A stretch of DNA of 64,000 bases, taken from the NCBI GenBank assembly GCA_030704615.1, contig CM060732.1:52328001-52392000 (forward strand). The letters run 5' to 3'. This stretch comes from Takakia lepidozioides (lineage: Eukaryota; Plantae; Bryophyta). Under the pieces are notes generated by a model, which ran no database searches, was not told where the DNA came from, and saw only the letters and a program-made list of their open reading frames with translations. The position numbers and the translations under genes are program-made. Shown in pieces: positions 1 to 12,662 of this stretch; within the stretch, counting starts at the first letter, position 1, and every line of letters starts with the position of its first letter.

Positions 1-206
1 CTGGCTATTCAATCTGCCGTATGTTATGAGGCCTCCCGCCAGTTGACCGCAAGTCAGGGCCTTGGGCACGCCTATGCTTATGCGCTCAAGAGAGCATTGC
101 AGCACGCTGTAGACGGGGGTTGCTGACTGTTTTCATCCACAACGTGCACTGTACAAGGCTATTTCAAGCAGCAAACTTGTCAGCTTTTCTCCCCGACAAG
201 ATTGCA

Positions 207-766
207 CTAGGCTGATAGTGAGAAGCCCAGCTCCAGCCGGCCTCTCAAATGAGCACTAGTTACGAGAATGTGATACGCAGCACGCGTGACAATCCCCATT
301 CCTGCCTTCGTGGTCTGCTCGGTTACGCTCTGATCTGCCGTGTCTTTAGAATAATCTGGGACTCGGCTCACTGTATTCTGCCCATTTTCCTTGGCTTCAT
401 TTCCCTTCCTCGCCACAACGTCCGTAGCTTCTCCCGCTTTGCCATCAGCAGCTCCTGCCGCCTCAGCAGCCTTCCGCTTTGTAGCACCCAAAAACGATCC
501 GGCATTATCTTTGGCTTTCCTGCCCTGATTTTAGACAGCACCAGCAGTTTCGGAAACCTTGTCCTCGACACCTCCCAAAAACTCGCCAGCTTTCTGCTTT
601 ATTCCATTCCAGATTCCGCCAGCTCTATTCCCATATCCCTTGCTTCATTTCCTGTGGCATCGGCAGTACGAGACGCTTTATCTTGAACGGATCCAGCTAC
701 ATCTTTCACTGCATCCTTGGCTTCATCAGCTTTGACTGCTGCTCCATCAGTAGTCCCTCCTGCTCT
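207..766 (-). pseudogene. LEA-like (late embryogenesis abundant, A/K/D/E/T-rich repeat) gene, 3' part, disrupted
   Basis: ORFs 599-820 and 207-491 give hydrophilic repeats (KADEAKDAVKDVAGSVQDKASRTADA; KAAEAAGAADGKAGEATD); in-frame stops near 599 and 530; continues on the far side of the LINE. Confidence 0.65.
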
Positions 767-1112
767 AATATACTTACCCTTCCCAACTTTCTCCCTGTCC
801 TCTAGGAAGCCTATTGACATTGGGTGGACTTGAAACGGGAGTACATTAATGTCTCTGTGACTAAATGCCGGCCTTGTGACCTCGTGTTCTTGTTTGTTTT
901 GACCTGAAGCGCTTTGCTTCAGGTAAGGTAGTGCATTGGATTTAGTTGGAAAGCTTGGGGCCTTTCCCTCTTTAGAATATGCCTACACGGGCCATTCCCT
1001 GCAACTCCCTGGAGTGTGATCTCTGAATGGTAACAAGCGGACTCCTACCGCTTGGGGGCAGCCCCTCCGCCCAAATTGGGCAGTCGTATGCTCTGTCTAG
1101 CATACTCGGCAC

Positions 1113-2096
1113 TTGGGCTCGGGTTGGGTCCTGTGCTTAAACTTATGGCCTGCGAAAACAATCAAAAATTTAGCTCCTATCAACATCAACACTCCTCAGG
1201 GTGATCCCTGGGAATTGGTTACTTATGCCAAATCTAGGGCTTCATGTGTAGTTTTTGGGGTGAATCCCAGGATGGACGATGTGTCCTTTAAAACTACATG
1301 CTCTAGCTTAGGCTTGGATTTCATGGCTAATGGTACCATCTCGAGACTTGATAACAGGGGTACGTTGAAGGTTGCAATGACCAAAAGTGCTTCTAATAGA
1401 GTCCCGCATCAATTCAATCTCAAAGAAGTTCGTCCCTTGACTGGCTGGAGAGCGGTCTTAGACATTGGTGATTCAATGGGGCACTCTAGGAAGACAACCA
1501 AGGGCAACAACTTCAACTTGAGAGTTTCTAATCCGTTTGATGCTCTGGATGAGGTTGAATCCAAACAGCCAGAAGGACAAGATGCCCCTAAGTGTACGAA
1601 ACCTGAACGTCCTGAATCTGAAGGATTTGGTACTCTGAATGGTTTACCAATCCTCAAGGTTTACACAAGACGAACAAATTCTATACACGGGGTAATTGTC
1701 CCCAAGCCGTCAGATGGACAATCTGTCCCTAAGTGTGCAGAGCCTGAACGTCGTGTAACTGAAGGATTTGGTACTCTAAATGGTTTACCAATCCTCAAAG
1801 TCTACACAAGACGAGCAAAATCTATACACGGGGTAATTGTCCCCAAGCAGTCTGACGGACAATCTGCCCCTATGTGTGCGGAGCCTGTGCGTCGTGTAAC
1901 TGAAAGATTTGGTACCCTGAATGGTTTACCAATTCTCAAAGTTTACACAAGACGAGCAAAATCTACACATGGGGTAACTGTCCCCCTTTGCAGAACGGTT
2001 GGCCGTCCAGGAGCAATCACAAGCTACCTAGACGACAAACAATTCACACGCAAAGGGCTGGCTTGCGGCTGGCCACTTTCAACTTCTCAGGGTTGA
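1113..2096 (+). CDS. LINE ORF1-like protein with three 47-aa repeats
   Basis: 327-aa ORF upstream of and overlapping the endonuclease frame; VSNPFDAL motif common in LINE ORF1 linkers; true start uncertain. Confidence 0.55.
   Translation: MGSGWVLCLNLWPAKTIKNLAPININTPQGDPWELVTYAKSRASCVVFGVNPRMDDVSFKTTCSSLGLDFMANGTISRLDNRGTLKVAMTKSASNRVPHQFNLKEVRPLTGWRAVLDIGDSMGHSRKTTKGNNFNLRVSNPFDALDEVESKQPEGQDAPKCTKPERPESEGFGTLNGLPILKVYTRRTNSIHGVIVPKPSDGQSVPKCAEPERRVTEGFGTLNGLPILKVYTRRAKSIHGVIVPKQSDGQSAPMCAEPVRRVTERFGTLNGLPILKVYTRRAKSTHGVTVPLCRTVGRPGAITSYLDDKQFTRKGLACGWPLSTSQG
1561..1985 (+). repeat. 141-bp tandem repeat x3 within LINE ORF1
   Basis: GTACTCT/GTACCCT anchors at 1630, 1771, 1912 (period 141); peptide GFGTLNGLPILKVYTRR repeated three times. 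Confidence 0.95.
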
Positions 2097-5000
2097 CCAA
2101 CCAAAGGAAACAACTTGAAGTGGGACAAGTTCTTCGGACTAATGATATTCATATCTGTGCTGGGCAAGAAACATGGGAAACGTCGGATAACCTGGTTGGA
2201 GATGTCATTGGTTATAAATGGGCAGGTAAGATGTGTACTCTCAAGGCAGCCTCTGCCAAACGCGGTCAAAAAGGGGTCGGATTCTTTGTCCGTGATTTCT
2301 TGTTTGACAATTGTGAAATTATCAACAAGGGTTTGAGGTACGAGCATAGTATCTGGCTAAAACTGAATTTGAAGGGCGGCATGAGTACAAAGGACCTCTT
2401 TGTTGGTTGTGTTTACATGCCCACAGAGGGGACCCTTAGTGCTGACGCAGACAAGGCCTTCGAAGATGTAAAGCTGGACTGTGCTTCGTTCCTTGCCAAA
2501 GGTCAGGTGGTACTATTGGGGGACTTCAATGCCCGGGTGGGCAAAGGGATCCATCAGGACGATATCATTGGACCTTTTGGTGAGGACGAGCTGAATTCTA
2601 ATGGCAGACGGTTAATTAACTGTCTAGAAGAGCTTCAGCTTTTGACCTTGAATAACAGGACAAGAGGTGACCAAGTGCAGTGGACTCGTGAGAAATCCCA
2701 AACTGGGGAACGTTCCATTGTGGACTATATCATAATGGACAAAATTTTGTTCCCCCAGTGTGCCAATGTGTTGATCGACAGAACTGATATTGGTACCTCT
2801 GACCACTTCCTGGTTTGGACTGAGATCAAAAGGTGTTTTCCCACCACCAAGAGATCTGTGAAACGTTCGATTCGGAAGTGGCGCATAGAAAAATTCCACA
2901 ATGAGGAGGTCAAGGCTGAGTACGTCCAGGCCTTGCAAGAGGCTCTCCCTCATTTTGTCCAATCGCTCCAAGAACTTCAGTCACGCTCTGTTAACGCAAG
3001 AAATGAAGTCGAAAGAGCAGTGGACTCTTGGGAGAGTTTCGTTTCCTCCGTGGCTGACAAGATCATTGGGAGGAAACTAATTGTCTGCGGTAGAGCAGTT
3101 AATTGGTGGACTAATGAGATTAAACTCAAGATAGCTGAGAGACGAGCCCTCTATAAAGAGTGCTGCAATTTGGAAACCAACAGAGAATTGTGGACGAGGT
3201 ACTACCAGCTCCGTAAAGATATCAATCAGCTTGTTAGGTCTCAAAGAAATTATACTGGGACAAGTTATACAGTGAAATAAACTCAAACCACCATGGTGGT
3301 AATGACAAGAAATTCTGGTTGGCCCTTCAACGTTTGTACAAGCCGAAAAACGGTCAGCAAGTACAAGCGCTGAAGACTACTAAAGGTGCAGTGGTGACTT
3401 CATCGGTTGACATTGTCAAAACCTTTGAAACTCACTACAGTATCCTTGGCAGAACTTCTAGGTCTAACAGTGAGGGGTCTTCTGCTGAATGGAGGGACAC
3501 AGTTGGAAAAACTGTTCCTATGATTCAAAACAGCCCTGATGAACTGGAGTATATTTCAATGGCTTATAATGCTCCCATTAGTTCTTCTGAGATTGTGGAA
3601 GCAATTGAACATTTAAATGGATATAAAGCTGGTGGACCTGATGGTATTGTCAACGAGCTTATCAAGCACGGTGGCGATCCCATGATAGAGGCCCTAGTTC
3701 TCCTCTTTAACCTTATCTGGAAGACTGAAATGATCCCCTTTCGCTGGCGACAGGGGGTCATTGTCAATCTATACAAGAAGGGTGACAGAGAAGAACCGGG
3801 GAACTACCGTGGCATCACGCTCCTCAATGCTGTTGGCAAGACATTCTGCAGAGTTATAAGTACTCGTCTCGAGGTTGATCTGGAGTCTAGAGGTTGTTTC
3901 CACGAAGGCCAAGCTGGCTTTCGGCGAAACAGGGGCTGTGTGGATCATATCTTCACTCTAAGCCAGATTATCCAGGGAAGGAAAAAAGAAGGGAAACCCA
4001 CTTATGTCTTTTTCCTGGATGTCAAAAAGGCTTATGACACAGTGTGGAGAGATGGCCTATGGTTCCGCCTCTGGTCTTGTGGGATCAAGGGAAAGATGTG
4101 GAGAGTTGTCCACAACTTGTATGCTCACACCAAAAGCTGTGTCACTGTTAACGGACAGAAGTCCAACTTCTTTGACATAGACCAAGGTGTAGCTCAAGGA
4201 TGTACTCTCTCCCCTCTGCTCTTCAATGTTTTCATCAATCAACTCCTCGAGGATGTGGAAAGTGAGGGATTTGGGTTAAGGGTGGGTGATACCACCATAC
4301 CAGCCCTTATGTTTGCGGATGACTTCGCAGGCATAGGGGAGACTCCAACCAATCTCCAGGAGTTGATTGATTGCGCGAAGAGATACTTTGATCTTTGGGG
4401 GCTAGAGGCTAATGTCAGCAAATGTGCAGTGGTAGCATTCAACGACAGAGGAGAGGGAGGAAGTGATCTTAAGTGGCAGTGGGGTAGCCAAGAGATCCCG
4501 GTCCTCCCTTCCTACACTTACCTGGGCGTTGAGTTCTCCTCCAATTGTAATTGGGATGCACATATCCGGAAAGTTGTTCAAACTGGCAAGGGCAAAGCTC
4601 TGGGGCTCACTAAATTTTTCCACTGCAGAGGGGTCAACTCTGAGGTTAAGAAAACCATGCTTTGTCGCGTTATTAGACCTGCCTTGGAGTACGGATCTGC
4701 TATATGGGTTGATAACTCCAACCAGGCTAAGTCTCTGAATCCATTCAAGTGGGGGTGCTTAAGGAGTGTATGTCAGCATGCTCCAAAACAGCCAATGTGG
4801 CTGTTCGGGGTGAGTTTGGCATTCCGTCCTTAAGCTCCCGACGAGAGGAATTCAAGGTCAGATGGTGGGGTCAGCTGCAACATATGCCCAACACCAGATA
4901 TCCTAAGTTAATCGACTCTATATCTTGGAAACAGGACCGCCCTGTCAAACAGGCTAAGTCCTGGCAGAAGAGAGTAGAAGAGATCCTCAAGGACCTGGAC

Positions 5001-5654
5001 CTGGATCCGCAAGTCTTGACCCTGCTGGATAAATCTGACTTAGAGGCTGTAGTGTCCTCAGCCATGTCTGTTGCCATGAGATTGTCTGATGAAAATGAAG
5101 TTAGGCAGAAAACTTCCCTGAACTTGTTTCCAGTCTGTGACATGGGGGAGGACATCTTGGATGACCTCAAGGGTCTACCCACTCTCGGCACTAGACTGAA
5201 ATTTAAACTCAGGGCAGGAAGCCTACCTTTGAACAGCAAACAGAAGCAGAGAGGAAAGGGAGAGTGCAATTGCCCGTTGTGTGGGCAATCTGAAGACAGT
5301 ATTCATTTTCTGATACACTGTCCGGGGTTCTCTCACCAAAGAGACGCTCTCTTCAAATCTATTAAGGGAATTGTGCCTGTACCCCTGTTTACCAACTTTG
5401 AAAGTCTCGAGGCTGAGCCAAAAGCCCAGGCCCTCCTGAGGCCTAGTTTTTGGGCAAATCACACACAGCAGATTGATGCTTGTGTGAAGGGATTTCTAGA
5501 GGATATCTGGAAAACCCGGATTAATTCTATATATGGAGGTAAGTCTTACTACCAACATCAGCCCCTGACAGAGGTAGGTTCTGTCCCTTTTGTTCCCGCT
5601 CAAACTGGGCGCGGGGTCAATGGCCACAAGGCTACGGCAAACAACGTCTTATGA
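1988..5654 (+). pseudogene. LINE ORF2 (APE endonuclease - reverse transcriptase - Zn finger) broken by frameshifts near 3245-3320 and 4740
   Basis: ORFs 1988-3280, 3319-4833 and 4749-5654 carry consecutive APE, RT and CCHC-like domains. Confidence 0.9.
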
Positions 5655-5659
5655 GTACA

Positions 5660-5905
5660 ATCTTTGGCAGAATCAGCAGTTCCAGATGCTTTATCTTGAA
5701 CATTTCCCAGAAACTCACTACCTTGCTCCTCAAATGAATCCTTAACATCCTTTTTCACTCCCTCCGCTCTGTTCTGAGCACCATCTTTAGCCATTTCTGC
5801 ATTGTCCTGGGCAGTATCAGCAGTGCCGGAGGCCTTCTCCTGTGTAGCATCCCACGTAGATCCCGCAGTCTCCTTAGCAACTCCTTTGTACAAGTAGCTG
5901 ACCCA
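5660..5905 (-). pseudogene. LEA-like gene, 5' part
   Basis: ORF 5600-5893: AKETAGSTWDATQEKASGTADTAQDNAEMAKD...QDKASGTADSAKD, same repeat type as 207-766. Confidence 0.65.
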
Positions 5906-6221
5906 TTTGTCAGGTCAAATTCTGGCAATTTTTCGCCAGAAAAGAAACCGCCGCTCTCCAGTCAGAACAATCTCTGCAAGCACTGAATTGTTCTCAATCT
6001 CCTTTGTTCAACTTTTAGGATCCCCCATATCTTACGCAGCTTTCCTCGTGCTACTTGTCCAGGCAATCTGTCAAGAACTCCTTTGTAACAAAATTTCACT
6101 GGAACTGCTTCATAATCATACTTGGTGATCATTACCATGAGCAGCTCACATTATGAATACTTACGACAATTTGTCCCACATGCTTTAAGCTGCAAGTTCT
6201 CTTTCATACATCTTCCCTGTT

Positions 6222-6746
6222 TCACCTGTAATCATCACAAAAACAAACCAATTTTTTAAGTGGTGAAAGCAGTGCACATCCTAAAGAACAGCTGCTTGCT
6301 TGCAATCTTTGAGACGAACTTGGTGGCAGTGGTAATTACCAAACACTCGCATATTCTGGATGCCGCAGATAGGTGTTCCGGGGGACGTGCTGATGCACAC
6401 AAAAGCAATGGCCAGCTTCTCACTGTTGTGGGACAGAGAACTTCCTCTTACTCTTCAAATCATACAATACAAAGACCGTGTCAGGCAAGTAGCTGGCCTG
6501 CTTCACCTGACCAGACTGTCTCTTCAATCCATAGGCATTCCCTCAATTTGTGGGATGTAATTTCTCTTCAAGATCAAATGAACGCACCTGGTTGTTCATC
6601 TCGATGCAGCAGCACCAGGCTGGCTCTTTGCTCACACCTCTATCCTCCATCATTTTTCTCACCATTGCTTCATCGTCCCACCTGCCAGCCTCATTATAGA
6701 TGTAGTAACATATACGCTGCAGGATCTTGTGGATCCCATTTCATTT
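6222..6746 (-). pseudogene. PPR E/E+/DYW domain relic (RNA-editing factor pseudogene)
   Basis: Manual minus-strand translation across frameshifts: AGRWDDEAMVRKMMEDRGVSKEP..CIEMNNQVRSF..YLPDTVFVLYD..HNSEKLAIAF..STSPGTPI..NMRV..ATKFVSKI..FHH..CDDYR*; HxE and CxxC degenerate. Confidence 0.8.
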
Positions 6747-8751
6747 CAAGTATGGGTGCTAAGCATCAAAACCCTTTGCGTAGTCTGCCGTAGGAAGGCA
6801 GGGCCAATAAAACAAAAATGAAAATCAGGTAGCGACAAAACAGGAACGCGAGCATTGGAGCCGTGACCCGCGATTCGTACGCGAAGAGAAGCGAGAGGCG
6901 CGCTTGTGTTGTGGTGCTGCCCTCTGCATCTGCGCTCTGCCATGTCGCGATCCGTCTTGTTCCTCGCTCGGCTTGCTGGAAGATCTCAAGTCCTCGCTCG
7001 CTGTAGTTCCTCGAGTATCTCGTCTCTGGATCCACTATGTCATCCAGTACCAGCCGCTGCGACATGGGTTTCTGGGATCGTTAGGAATTGTCCATCCCCA
7101 TTGCAAGTGTGGGGAACTTGGATTCCTGCGCGTGGAATGAGAGACGAGCACACTGCAAAGTGGATGCAGGTACACCATCGAAGAAACTATTTCTTCTCCT
7201 TTTAGACCTCTTCTTTTGTTTGTGTTGGAGTGTTGGTGTGGTTGCTCTGAAAGAGCCCGTGCTATTACACCTCGGGTGCTTCTTCCCCATCCAGCGGAAG
7301 CACTCATAACCTTGACACTAGGGCATTGTGGAGAGGAATCTCAGGCCATCATCTGGATGTACCCATTGCCCTTTAATGTAGACGTTGTATAGGACAGAGC
7401 CCTTGTTGACATATTCCTGCGCACTACTGACCTCCTCGAACTGCTCATGTGGTCTTCGATCACCGGGAAGAAGCACAGCTTAAAACGCTCACTCCCAGCC
7501 TACAGCAATCGGTTGAGTGGGGGATTGTCTGTTACATTAAGGGTTGCATCAAGATCATATTAGGAAATATAGAGGTGATTTCAGCAGTACTGCTGAACCC
7601 GTTCCCCTTTAAATGGACACATTGTTTGTATCTGTGCAATGTCAGGAACGTTTTTGAGGAAATTACTGCAGAATGTAATCTCTCCTCATATGTGCCACAT
7701 GTGGCTGTGATTGCATTGCCAATGACACCAAAGACAACACAGTATTAACCATAGGCAGAATAAGGAGAGGATACCTGGTTCTATGGACACTTGAAGTTTT
7801 TCCTTAGTAGTCAAGGCCTTGTGAAGCTGATGTACTTTTCCAGGTTATTTTCTGTGTGTACAATTATCTGGGACTATGGTCATGGTATGGGGACTACAGA
7901 GCTCTGACAGAAAGTCACCAATGGAGCTGATTAGTGAAGTACCCCCCATCGAGGTTGATGCTGGCGTTGCTGCATGTGAAGGAGGTTTTAAATCTCTTCC
8001 TTGACTATTTGGCTTTTTGTTTTATCTGTTTGTAAAAAATGATGTCTTGACTCCAGGAGAGTGCACATGCCCTCTCCCTCTCATTTGTTGTCCAATCTGG
8101 GTAGGTAGCAAAAGTTTATTGAATGCATTATCTCTGAGGACTGAGTTTACTTTGCACTTCCCATAAGCATCACCGACCGGCCGGGGGTCCAGCTTGCCTA
8201 AACCCTCCGTAATGTCTTTCCTGTGTGGCAGGAAGGGATCCGGCATTGGGTCACCCGGTGGAGTACATATCTCTTGATGACGTAGGCCCATCAGTTTGCA
8301 AGTATTGTGGTCTCAGATATGTGCAAAGGCATGGTCACCATGGTGGCCACCACTAACAAACAAGGGAAGGACATTTGATTCTCACCGGAGGTCTTTGCAT
8401 TCCCAGTCGAACCCGTGAACGATCGATTTTGGAATTAGTTGTCAAGAAAGTTCTGCCAAAAAATTCTCAGATGTTAGTGCAACTAACGTGGATCTCTGTT
8501 ATTTAAGCAGAGCTTTTCTAGGATGCTGCAGCCTAGATAATCATGCTTGCAGCTGACAGTACATTGTACTGCTGTTCTATGGTGTCAGAGAAGGCATCTC
8601 TGAGAAAACTACTCTGCTTGCAGTTGTACGCTGGTAGTTACGATAATCCTGCTCTCTAAGTCTTCTTTCATGACAGCTAAGGAGTCTATTCTTGTAATTA
8701 AAAAGTTTATTTGCAACAAAGTTTGAAAACAGTGGTTACAGAAGCAGTGAC
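6747..8751. repeat. Dispersed ~2 kb direct repeat, copy 1 (degenerate gene-like content, family unknown)
   Basis: Colinear with 16625-18545 from CAAGTATGGGTGCTAAGCATCAAAACCC to AGTGGTTAC(A/G)GAAGCAGTGAC. Confidence 0.9.
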
Positions 8752-9280
8752 CGAAGTATAGGCAACACATAGTACGGTATCAGTAGTATGCCCTTTTGGG
8801 AAATTTTGTAATTGAGTACAATCAGCGTCACTCATGAATGTGCTCATGTCAGTCCAAAATAAATTGCTACTCTCTGACGAAGTCTAAGCAGGGAGGTTGC
8901 GAATGGTAATCCCTTAATCTCTGCCTGTTTTGATAGCGTGCTTATTTCACCTTCTTTAACATTCCTAGTGAACATCTTGATTTATTGGCTTTTATAAAAA
9001 CTGTGGAAGTCTGGTTCTGTGCCAATGCAAGATCTTGCAGGTCACGTTGCACTTATTTGCAGTGCCAATAGGAGAACTCGCAGCCAACTAGCCATCTCAG
9101 CCTAACTCCCTCTATCTGTTCACTGTGTACCTTTTTTATACAAGCTTTGAAGGCTGAAACTGCTTGACACCTAAGGCTTGGAAAGAAAGTTAGCAGCATC
9201 CTCTCAGCTCTATTTGTTACAGCAGTTAGCGCCACTACCAGTATGTTTTGGATGTTAGGCACCCAGTCAGGCTAGAAACC

Positions 9281-12200
9281 CTAAGGTTTCGCAGGAGCTG
9301 AGGTGTCTTCACTATTTTTATCTGCTCGGACATAGACTGTGTGTGACACAGGTTTCATGGCACCCTTCTCATCTGTTTTGGTAGTTGCTCCAGCTGGTGT
9401 TGCATTCTTGTAGAATGCGTACAAGGCCAACTGTACAACACCCGATAACGCTCCAAGGCCATTTGGAATCTGCGAAGTCTCAGTAAGCCACAAATTAGGA
9501 TTTGGGTAATTTTCTAAGCTAACCCCTGCTTCTTCCCTGTTTCCTTCCATAATGGTCATTAAGTTTATGGCCCCTACAAGGTTGTGGCATGTCTTCCCCA
9601 CTCTTCTTAGGAGAGGTTGACAGCTGCAGCAAGATTGGCTTACAGAGTTCAGCAAGACTGTCTATTTTGAAAGTTTTATAGCATAAATGCCCCACTGGTC
9701 CCCTCTCTCCACTTGTTCTTCAAGGGAAGGGGCTGTACTCCATGAAAAGCCCTCCCTCTCAACCTCTCCACTGGTTTTTCAAGGAAAGTGGCTGTACTTC
9801 ATCTTGAAAAGCCCGCCCCCCCCCTCAACACTCTCAAGCACTTCCAAAACATGATCTAGGTAGGGACAAAGAACTTAAATGGGAAACTAGTTGACACGCA
9901 CCGCAATAAAAATGTCAATGCCACCCACAAATGCGTAACCAAACCACACAGTGCCGTTGATAAAGTTGCACAAAGAAAGCAAGAATGGCATGTATTCCAC
10001 ACTCCTTGTTCGAATCATCAGGCCCTGTAGTGAGAGAGGGAGGGAGTGCTGACAGTGAGTCTCTGATCAAACTTAGCCGGGATTTTGAGAGGGAGTTTAC
10101 ATTCCCCACACAGCACTCCTGGTATCAGCAATCTGCAAACTCGCATCTTACACTCAGTGACTGGGACAGCCCCTGGCGAACATTTTGTTTTATACATCAT
10201 CTGTCAGTGTTGTCATCCTTGGGATTTTGATTCAGATGGTTGGGATAGTAGTGTCACCTGGGTGTCAGATGCTTAAAGCATTAAAGAACTTGAACCATTA
10301 AGATGTCATCTGCAACCAAAGTAAGTGGAGGTTTCTTCTTACAAATCCAGTAACATCTCCGTTATAGATATGAAAAAGGAATCCAATTTCATAACAAACA
10401 TGTTTCGGAACACCAATGAAGCAAACATGATGGTCCGTCTTAATAGTGCTTGGAACATACCATAACCGTCAATGGAGAGGCGTACATGCCCACAGCAAAC
10501 ACTGCGCACAGTGTGCCAATTACCAACTTTCGGCGGGATTTGTCATGCACCAAAGTCAAGACCATCACCACTACAAATATGTATGCTACTAGCACAAGCA
10601 GCAGAACCCTCAGCACCTTCACCTGCGACAAGAACAACCAGAATTTTATCCTAACGAGGCCGAAATTGACAGACCCCAGGTGAAATTAAGCATTGAATTT
10701 GGAAGTACACATGAATGGTCAAGAGGACCTGGTCTGAATGGTCACTGTAGCTATCGACCGTTGAGTCTACAGACCAGGTTGTGGACGATCTCTGAGTACG
10801 ATAGGATGCCCTTTGACGATGCATGTCCAAGTTACATTTGTAAGAAACTGACCCCCTAACTATAGCTTCGGGTGGCCATGATGGGTCTTTCCCAAAAGAA
10901 AGGGAGATGGATAAAATCAAATTGAACAAGAATACCTTCAATTTCTTGGGGGCATAAATCAAATACAGGGACAGGTATGTGAGCTCAATAATACAGCCAG
11001 CTGCGTTGATGGTGACCACCAGTACCTGGTAGTTTACCACTGGGAGGCCATAGACCACCCATAGCATGCAATTCATAAGTGTGCAAACATAGGGGATGCC
11101 CGAATAGTCCTGCACTGACTTCTTCTTGTGAATGTTCCAGAAGGTCGGCCTGGCACCAACAATTGTTCACCAATCAACACAATTCATCATATAAGTTACT
11201 AGAGCTCTGAGGTTTCAATTACATTCTCATGAGTTCCAGCTGATGATTACCCAAGAGCCACCCACTGCATCTCAGCAATCTCTCTTACCTATTTGTATTA
11301 CGAACGGCCGCGCATGGACAATACCATAGATCTGAATTGTAGACTAAGGAACCTGGTATATGTACATTTTTGCTATATGGCATGTGGTAAAAGGCCGAGA
11401 ACCCCAGGTTGTTCCAGAAATGGAAGTGGCCGGGGGTCGGGTACACAGCCTTGCACGAGAGAGGTGGACCAGGAAGAGGGCTCTGAAAGCAAGACTGACC
11501 GACGAATTCGTTAAGAAAAGCAGACTACTCACAGAGGGGATGTGAACAAGCAAATTGCAGTGATGTTACCTGCACACATCACAATCGCAAGTTTAAAATT
11601 CATACGCCTACTCCAAAAAGGGGACAACGAAGGTGTTCAAGACTACAGCTTGCTAGAATCCTCAACATTATCCAATCAAGGATTTGTCGAATCACCAAGT
11701 CTCAGAGAAGTACAGCTTAGGTAATAGCGAGATCCAACACTGAGCATTAGTAACGATAATGTGGTAGCATCACATTCATGAACTCAACTAATCAACTTAG
11801 GACACTACAGAGCCCCGAGGGCCCTGTTGATGGACCGTAGTTTTAAATGTTCAAAGCAAATGAGCCGTGAGCTGCGTTGGACGCGCTGACATTGACACAG
11901 ACTAAGATACAAAACATGGACATAAACTCCAGAATCTGGTTAGGATAAATCTATGATTTGAATTTGTCTCAAAGTCTCCCTTTAGATACTGCATGTTACA
12001 GACCTTCGCTGTCGCACTAAAATATCTTATCATGTGCTGCGCACAGCAATTTGCACACGTTCTTAAGGAGCTGCACTAGCCGTTTTACCCTCCACTTCAA
12101 GGTTTAGTTCTTATAAGGACTTGAAACTTCAGTTGTCATAAGCACAGGTCTGGTCTACGTTTTTTTATCTGTTCAACAGTCTCCAAATAGTACCGGTTGA

Positions 12201-12662
12201 AATCTACGGGGTATGACTGCACACAAATTATTGACCCGTAATTCCTAGAGCCCAAACTCTCTTCTTACAGCCTGACCAAGGAGCATCCAGTTCATTGACT
12301 TAGGCAATGTCCGGAATGTTCAATCCAACTATCTGTACTCAATTGATATATATACAGCAAGAGCAGGAACTGATATTGAGCATTTCGCTTCAAAGTAATC
12401 GTGAAAATTCCCGTATAAGCTTGCCTGATCTTCTAGAACAAGTTCAGGTATACTCCAATCAGCAAACTTCAGTAGTTACACTACATATTGAGTTGCACGT
12501 TACTAGATCCGTATATATGGCGTACGCTCTGGGATGATTGCATAATGTTGACAGTGGATCAACTTTCCTCATTGTGACTAAATGGACTCAGCAATGATAT
12601 GGACCGGAAGGGAATTTAAAATTGTTACCCACAATCCCCAAAACCAACTTGAAATTCACCAT
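9281..12662 (-). CDS. SWEET: SWEET (MtN3/saliva) sugar transporter, 6 exons: 12662-12629, 11569-11533, 11149-10936, 10622-10461, 10024-9902, 9469-9281
   Basis: Spliced product MVNFKLVLGIVGNITAICLFTSPLPTFWNIHKKKSVQDYSGIPYVCTLMNCMLWVVYGLP...MYASPLTVMGLMIRTRSVEYMPFLLS...IPNGLGALSG; GT-AG introns, canonical 37-nt exon 2. Confidence 0.95.

Larger units (their letters stand above)
767..5659 (+). mobile_element. Non-LTR retrotransposon (LINE, RTE-X-like), near full length, frameshifted
   Basis: ORF1-like 1113-2096; APE (GQETW, LGDFNARVG, SIVDY, SDH), RT (QAGFR, QGCTLSPLLF, FADD, YLGV) and C-terminal CPLC..HFLIHC; removing 767-5659 rejoins LEA frame ...SAKD|RAGG... Confidence 0.9.

Noticed and set aside
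770-778. ATACTTACC resembling the U1 snRNA 5' end at the LINE start
   Set aside because: Only 9 nt match and no downstream U1 sequence or Sm site.
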